A program made the position numbers and the translations under genes. The notes beneath the pieces were generated by a model that saw nothing but the letters and a program-made list of their open reading frames with translations, was not told the origin of the DNA and did not search any database. Shown here piece after piece: positions 46,019-50,856 of a stretch of DNA of 50,856 nt (position 1 is its first letter; every line of letters starts with the position of its first letter). This DNA is from a virus (taxonomy: Duplodnaviria; Caudoviricetes): positions 1 to 50,856 of the IMG/VR virus record IMGVR_UViG_3300028806_000015; one strand, written 5' to 3'.

Positions 46019-46675
46019 ATGGCAATCACATACAATTCTTTGGTAGCTCAGATCACTGCATATTTAGATAGAACAGACCCATCGACTCTTAATCAAATCC
46101 CGAATTTTATTAGTCAAGCTGAAGAAAGAATTTGTCGTGAATGTAAAACAATAGGACTAGAAACATATGTTACTGGAAATTTTACAACAGGAGTTAACGT
46201 ACTTCAAAAGCCTGGGCGTTGGCGCGAAAATATTACTCTCAACTTTGGGACTGTTAACACTGCTGTTATCCCTCCTACTACTGATAAAAATTATGTTAAT
46301 CAATTATTTCTCAGATCTTATGAATATATAAGAAATTATTGGCCGGATTCAACAGTTCTGGGACTTCCTTTGTTTTATGCGGATTATGGTTATAATAATA
46401 TTATAGTTGCACCGACTCCTGATCAAGCTTATCCATGGGAGTGGTCTTATTTAGAAAGGCCTCTTCCTTTAAGTATACTTAATCAAACTAATTGGTTAAC
46501 TGATTTTGCACCTGATATTATTCTTTATGGATCTCTTTTAGAAGCTATTCCTTATTTGAAGGACAATGAAACTATTGCTGTGTGGCAGCAATATTATAAG
46601 TCAGCTTTGGATAGTCTTAATTCTCAAGATTCTCAGAGATTTCTTGATAGAGCTAGTAATAGGACACAAGATTAA
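46019..46675 (+). CDS. Tail adaptor/tubular protein
   Basis: TYNSLVAQITAYLDR..IPNFISQAEERI..APTPDQAY..TNWL..LYGSLLEA. Confidence 0.75.
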   Translation: MAITYNSLVAQITAYLDRTDPSTLNQIPNFISQAEERICRECKTIGLETYVTGNFTTGVNVLQKPGRWRENITLNFGTVNTAVIPPTTDKNYVNQLFLRSYEYIRNYWPDSTVLGLPLFYADYGYNNIIVAPTPDQAYPWEWSYLERPLPLSILNQTNWLTDFAPDIILYGSLLEAIPYLKDNETIAVWQQYYKSALDSLNSQDSQRFLDRASNRTQD

Positions 46676-48303
46676 TGACTGATGTTCTTCATCCATTACT
46701 AATCCAACCAGGCATTCAGCGAGATGGAACTAATCTTGCTAAATCAACTTGGATTGATGGGCAATGGGTTAGATTTCAAAGAGGATTGCCTCAGAAAATG
46801 GGAGGTTACAAACAGATTTGTGGGTATACAAATTCATTAATCACATCTGTTCCTCGCGGCTTGTTCATAGTTGCCAACAATGAGAATTTTAATATTTATG
46901 TTGGAACAGCATCTACAATAGGTTATTACACTATTGATAATAATGGTAATTTTTTGTCGTATACAGATTTAACAGCTCAAGCTATGGCTGCTAATCCTTT
47001 CATTCCCGATCCAAATAATCTTTGGACATTTGATACGATTGTTAATAGGGCATCAACGCCGCCGGCTCCTATTATTATAATGAGTGTGGCTCCCAATCTT
47101 GCTGGTATTAACCAATCTACTCCTGGTCCTGTTTATTATTACAATCAAAAATTTAATATTATGGAACCATTAGGAATAGGCGCTGTTGGTGTTCCTCTTG
47201 TTGTTACTGATGGTGGGGTCGTTAATTTAGATCCTTATTTGATGATTTATGGATCGAATGGATCTATCCGAATCCAAGATCCCGAAAATCCTAATCAACC
47301 ACTTCCTCCTCTTATCTATCCTGCCAATATAATTTATCAGGGTATTTCAAAGATTGTGACAGCAACTGTTACTCGTGGTGGTAATAGTTCTCCTGCTGGG
47401 TTGTTTTGGAGTTTAAGCAGTCTTATTAGATGCACATTTGTTCCTGCAACAGCTACTCAGCCAATACCTTTTGTTTTTGATGTTATCTCTGATCAAATAT
47501 CTATTCTGTCTAGTAGGTGTATGATTGAATATGATGGATTATTTTATTGGTGCGCTACTAATAGATTCTTGGTTTATACTGGCGTTGTTCAAGAAATGGG
47601 AAATGATTCTTCTATAAACTATTTCTTTAACAATCTAAATTTTGATCAAGCTAACAAAGTCTGGGCAACAAAGGTGCCTCACTATGGAGAGATATGGTGG
47701 CATTGGCCAATGGGAACAGCTACAGAATGTAATAAGGTTTTGATTCTAAATGTGCACGTGAATCAATGGAGTATCAGAGATCATAACTGGTATGACACTT
47801 CATTTAATACGATTGATGGAGTAGCTCAAGGCAGAAGTTGTGGTTTTTATAATCAGATCTTTGAAAGCCCTATTTACGCAGATTCTTATCCGAATCCGGC
47901 TTTTGGGAACAATTATGCGCTTTGGCAACATGAATTTGGCGTTGACCAAAATGTTGACGGTCAATTAACAGCGATAGATTCTTTTGTTGAATCTAATGAC
48001 ATTTCTTGGGTAATTCCGAATGCACAAATACCGCTTCAACCTGTTGATCGGTGGGTTTATTTGTATCGTATTGAATTAGATATGATTCAAGATCAAGCTA
48101 TGACTCTTTTTGTTAATGGTCAAGAATACGCAAGATCACCTGTTGTTTCTATTTCTTATGTATTCCAACCAACAGATGTAAAAATTGATATGCGAGAGCA
48201 ACGACGCTTAATGACACTTCGTTTCGAAAGTAATGCCATTGGTGGTTATTACGAATTTGGAAGAAATCTTTTGAATATAAAGATAGGGGATGCGAGACAA
48301 TGA
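46675..48303 (+). CDS. Tail nozzle / P22 gp10-like stabilisation protein
   Basis: PGIQRDGT..WIDGQWVRF..KMGG; YGEIWW; beta-propeller-like composition. Confidence 0.7.
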   Translation: MTDVLHPLLIQPGIQRDGTNLAKSTWIDGQWVRFQRGLPQKMGGYKQICGYTNSLITSVPRGLFIVANNENFNIYVGTASTIGYYTIDNNGNFLSYTDLTAQAMAANPFIPDPNNLWTFDTIVNRASTPPAPIIIMSVAPNLAGINQSTPGPVYYYNQKFNIMEPLGIGAVGVPLVVTDGGVVNLDPYLMIYGSNGSIRIQDPENPNQPLPPLIYPANIIYQGISKIVTATVTRGGNSSPAGLFWSLSSLIRCTFVPATATQPIPFVFDVISDQISILSSRCMIEYDGLFYWCATNRFLVYTGVVQEMGNDSSINYFFNNLNFDQANKVWATKVPHYGEIWWHWPMGTATECNKVLILNVHVNQWSIRDHNWYDTSFNTIDGVAQGRSCGFYNQIFESPIYADSYPNPAFGNNYALWQHEFGVDQNVDGQLTAIDSFVESNDISWVIPNAQIPLQPVDRWVYLYRIELDMIQDQAMTLFVNGQEYARSPVVSISYVFQPTDVKIDMREQRRLMTLRFESNAIGGYYEFGRNLLNIKIGDARQ

Positions 48304-48530
48304 TCATGCCACAATATAGTTCTGCCAAAATATGGGCTGCCTCATTAGTAATAGATTTTCCCAATGATAATGTTCCTATATTAAATAATGAAAAAGATTG
48401 GAGATTGTGGGGAGATTTTCTTGTACAATCAAATAGTTTTACAATAAATAACGCCCCTTTTCCAAAAGGATCTTCTAGTTGGGATCAATGGTCACAGTCG
48501 GTTTATAAAAATATGAACGATTTTAGTTAA
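48300..48530 (+). CDS. Small Trp-rich tail-module protein
   Basis: ATGA-coupled to the nozzle gene. Confidence 0.6.
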   Translation: MIMPQYSSAKIWAASLVIDFPNDNVPILNNEKDWRLWGDFLVQSNSFTINNAPFPKGSSSWDQWSQSVYKNMNDFS

Positions 48531-48563
48531 TAACTGATAATATAAAACAAAAGGGGAATTAAA

Positions 48564-49619
48564 ATGCCAGGATTTTCAGATATTTTAGCCGGATTAGCAC
48601 CTGTTGCGGGTGGCTTTTTGGGGAATCTTTTTGGGGGTGAAAAAGGAGCACAAATTGGACAAGGATTAGGGTCTATGGCCGGAAATATGTTTGGGGGGGG
48701 ACAACAGTCCCAACAGGCGCCCCAACCTCAAATGAGTCCACAATTACCCGCTCCTTCTATGGCTCTTCCTCAACAATCTCAGATGCCTCAACAATCTCAG
48801 CCCCAAGGATTTAATTTTGGACAATCTCTTGGAAGAGGAATTGGGGGAATTGCTGATAAATACCTTCCTAAACAATTTCAAGGAATGGGTAGTATGTTGG
48901 GTAATTTGGGAGGATCTATGGCAGATAGATTCGCGCAACCATATATGAACAAATTCGCTAATAATCCTATGTTTCAACAAGCTCAAAATATGTTGCCACA
49001 GGTTTTTTCACAAGGACCTCAAATGTTATCAGGGCTCGGTGGACAATTAGGAAACAGCAGTAATCAATATTTAAGAGGATTAGGAGGAGCCATGAGTGGT
49101 TTAGGTAATGTTATGAGAAATCCATACGCAGGAAAATTTAATAGAGGCGGAGCAATTCCAATGTCTCACGGTGGGATGCATCACCCACATTATGGGGTTG
49201 GCGGAATGATGTTAGGGCATTCTTTGATGGGGCCCGCTGGTGGTCTTTTGGGCGAAATGTTGCCTTTTGCAAGAGGGGGAAGTCCTCTACATGCTCATGA
49301 AGATCAGATGGTTCCTGGACATGGTGGTATGGATCATTGGCCATGGCCTCCTCACATGAGTGGAGGTTATAATCCTACACAAGGAGAATATCATCCTTAT
49401 CATCCTTATGCTGAACATTTTGCTATGGGCGGCTCGCCTCATATGGCAATGGGCGGAGCTCACATGGCGGGTGGTGGAACCGTTCCTAATCTTTCACAGT
49501 TAATGCAGATGGTGATGCAATTGGCTCCTTATGTAGCGAAAGAAGTTGAGCCTTTGGTTGGTGGTAATCGCAGACATGAGGGACATGGAATGATGCCAGA
49601 AATGGGACATGTAAGATAA
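48564..49619 (+). CDS. Gly/Met/Gln-rich putative ejection protein with x-x-x-GG motifs
   Basis: GGGG RBS; amphipathic Gly-zipper-like segments; FNRGG, FARGG, FAMGG, MAMGG. Confidence 0.7.
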   Translation: MPGFSDILAGLAPVAGGFLGNLFGGEKGAQIGQGLGSMAGNMFGGGQQSQQAPQPQMSPQLPAPSMALPQQSQMPQQSQPQGFNFGQSLGRGIGGIADKYLPKQFQGMGSMLGNLGGSMADRFAQPYMNKFANNPMFQQAQNMLPQVFSQGPQMLSGLGGQLGNSSNQYLRGLGGAMSGLGNVMRNPYAGKFNRGGAIPMSHGGMHHPHYGVGGMMLGHSLMGPAGGLLGEMLPFARGGSPLHAHEDQMVPGHGGMDHWPWPPHMSGGYNPTQGEYHPYHPYAEHFAMGGSPHMAMGGAHMAGGGTVPNLSQLMQMVMQLAPYVAKEVEPLVGGNRRHEGHGMMPEMGHVR

Positions 49620-49652
49620 TTTATATTAAGTGATTTTTATAGGATAACGACT

Positions 49653-50856
49653 ATGACTACACGTCTTGATCGATATGGAATGCCATCTTATGAAGATCCT
49701 GAAGGCATGGAATTGCCTCCAGAGTTTAGACATGTACGTCAACCCGTCATGCGAGTTAGGCGATCTCCTCCTACTAGAGATGTGTGGGATATGGGTCATA
49801 GAGAAATCTATGGCAATCCATGGGATGTCTATGAACCCAACGAAAGTCCGTATTTTTCTAATATAAATCCTTTCACATATTGGGTTCCTCCTTCAGGCGA
49901 AGCACCGCCAGGAAGAAGATTATTTGGGCACGGTGTTCCTGCAGCCCTCCCAGTTCCTCCTTCAGGCGAAGCACCGCCAGTATTTGGCATGTTAACGTCC
50001 CTACCTGCGGCAGCCGCCATGGCAAGAGAGTCACATGCTTCTGGGGCTCATCCTAGACGAGAAGATCCGTATTCTTTGGTTTATGGGGAACCTCTTCGTC
50101 GCGTCTTAACTGGCCAGGTTCCTCGTTTGGATGTGGAAGGACATCCTGCTTTTGAAGAAGAACATGTTAGTCCAAGACGAGGTGCTTCTCCCCTCCCTCC
50201 TACAGTTCTTCGCACTTCAGGTGAAGCAGCACCAGGAAGAAGATTATTTGGGCCAGGCGAAGCACCGCCAGGAAGAAGATTATTTGGGCCAGGCGAAGCA
50301 CCGCCAGGAAGAAGATTATTTGGGCACGGTGTTCCTGCAGCCCTCCCAGTTCCTCCTTCAGTCGAAGCACCGCCAGGAAGAAGATTATTTGGGCCAGGCG
50401 AAGCACCGCCAGGAAGAAGATTATTTGGGCCAGGCGAAGCACCGCCAGGAAGAAGATTATTTGGGCACGGTGTTCCTGCAGCCCTACCTGCGGGAGCTAC
50501 AGGATCGTCTGCGGCCCCTGCTGCTGAAATGGGCGAAAGGGGAATACATCAGGCATTAGATCCGTTATTAGATCTGGAACTAATCAGACAAATCGAACTT
50601 ATAGGTGGAGCAGAAGGAATAAGAAGACACGAGCAGGAACTACGTGTGCATGGTATGACGGATGAACAATTCCAAGAAATGCTGAGAGTTGCAAATGCGC
50701 TAGAACCTAGACGTAGGGCAAGAGGAGGTCCCATCAATATGAAAAAACAGGCAAAAAGATTGCAAAGTTTAGGGCGCCATGGAGATACAATCCTGGCTCA
50801 TATCAATCCTATTGAAGCTATGATGTTGAAGAGAATGGGTGGAAGTGGAACTATTA
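49653..50856 (+). CDS. 5' part of the junction-spanning 878-aa protein (GEAPPGRRLFGP repeats); missing from ORF track
   Basis: ATG49653 with AGGA RBS, no stop to the window end; ATG50739 (equivalent to position 26) is in frame, 362 codons downstream. Confidence 0.85.
   Translation, partial: MTTRLDRYGMPSYEDPEGMELPPEFRHVRQPVMRVRRSPPTRDVWDMGHREIYGNPWDVYEPNESPYFSNINPFTYWVPPSGEAPPGRRLFGHGVPAALPVPPSGEAPPVFGMLTSLPAAAAMARESHASGAHPRREDPYSLVYGEPLRRVLTGQVPRLDVEGHPAFEEEHVSPRRGASPLPPTVLRTSGEAAPGRRLFGPGEAPPGRRLFGPGEAPPGRRLFGHGVPAALPVPPSVEAPPGRRLFGPGEAPPGRRLFGPGEAPPGRRLFGHGVPAALPAGATGSSAAPAAEMGERGIHQALDPLLDLELIRQIELIGGAEGIRRHEQELRVHGMTDEQFQEMLRVANALEPRRRARGGPINMKKQAKRLQSLGRHGDTILAHINPIEAMMLKRMGGSGTI
49884..50486. 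repeat. 36-bp coding repeats with a 141-bp higher-order duplication
   Basis: GGAAGAAGATTATTTGGG at 49911, 50235, 50271, 50307, 50376, 50412, 50448. Confidence 0.95.
50714..50856. repeat. Terminal direct repeat (right copy)
   Basis: Matches 1-143 with one mismatch. Confidence 0.95.

Noticed and set aside
49884-50486. 36-bp repeats as a CRISPR array
   Set aside because: Copies are contiguous with no unique spacers, in frame and coding; no cas genes seen
50131-50559. ORF-track protein with QAKHRQEEDYLG repeats, and antisense ORF 50200-50442
   Set aside because: Shadow frames of the 36-bp repeat; the frame from ATG49653 has an RBS and joins the 26-1576 ORF
50714-50856. Physical terminal repeat of the virion DNA
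   Set aside because: It falls mid-gene and is read/k-mer sized, so assembly overlap of a circular or permuted genome is more likely

Overview
The window is an apparently complete, circularly assembled ~50.7 kb AT-rich tailed-phage genome. Positions 1-143 recur at 50714-50856 with one mismatch. Gene order is podovirus-like: terminase, portal, GroES-like, scaffold, capsid, adaptors, six paralogous fibre genes, nozzle and putative ejection proteins. It also encodes a primase-helicase with embedded iterons, RecT-like and YqaJ recombination genes, SSB, RuvC and tRNA-Gln. I could not recognise an integrase, DNA polymerase, endolysin or holin. Alphaproteobacterial-looking RuvC and SSB, a Sel1 gene and a cluster of signal-peptide proteins suggest an intracellular or host-associated alphaproteobacterial host (inference). 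Main unusual observations: (1) a Sel1 gene split by a 251-bp structured non-coding element whose removal at matched GAGA/AGA junctions restores the Sel1 consensus; (2) a junction-spanning 878-aa protein, missed by the ORF track, with seven RRLFG[PH] copies matching the p21 cyclin-docking motif, plus a secreted protein with CRRLF and CDK sites; (3) two tandem release-factor-like domains lacking GGQ; (4) two RNA polymerase alpha-CTD-like domains, one fused to GroES; (5) a tandem-pseudoknot leader with an anti-RBS in front of the capsid module; (6) a tRNA-like RNA with a ~50-nt anticodon-arm insert; (7) a recurring x-x-x-GG motif in four putative virion-internal proteins; (8) promoter-plus-hairpin sRNA cassettes. 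All family assignments are by-eye motif recognition, not database searches.
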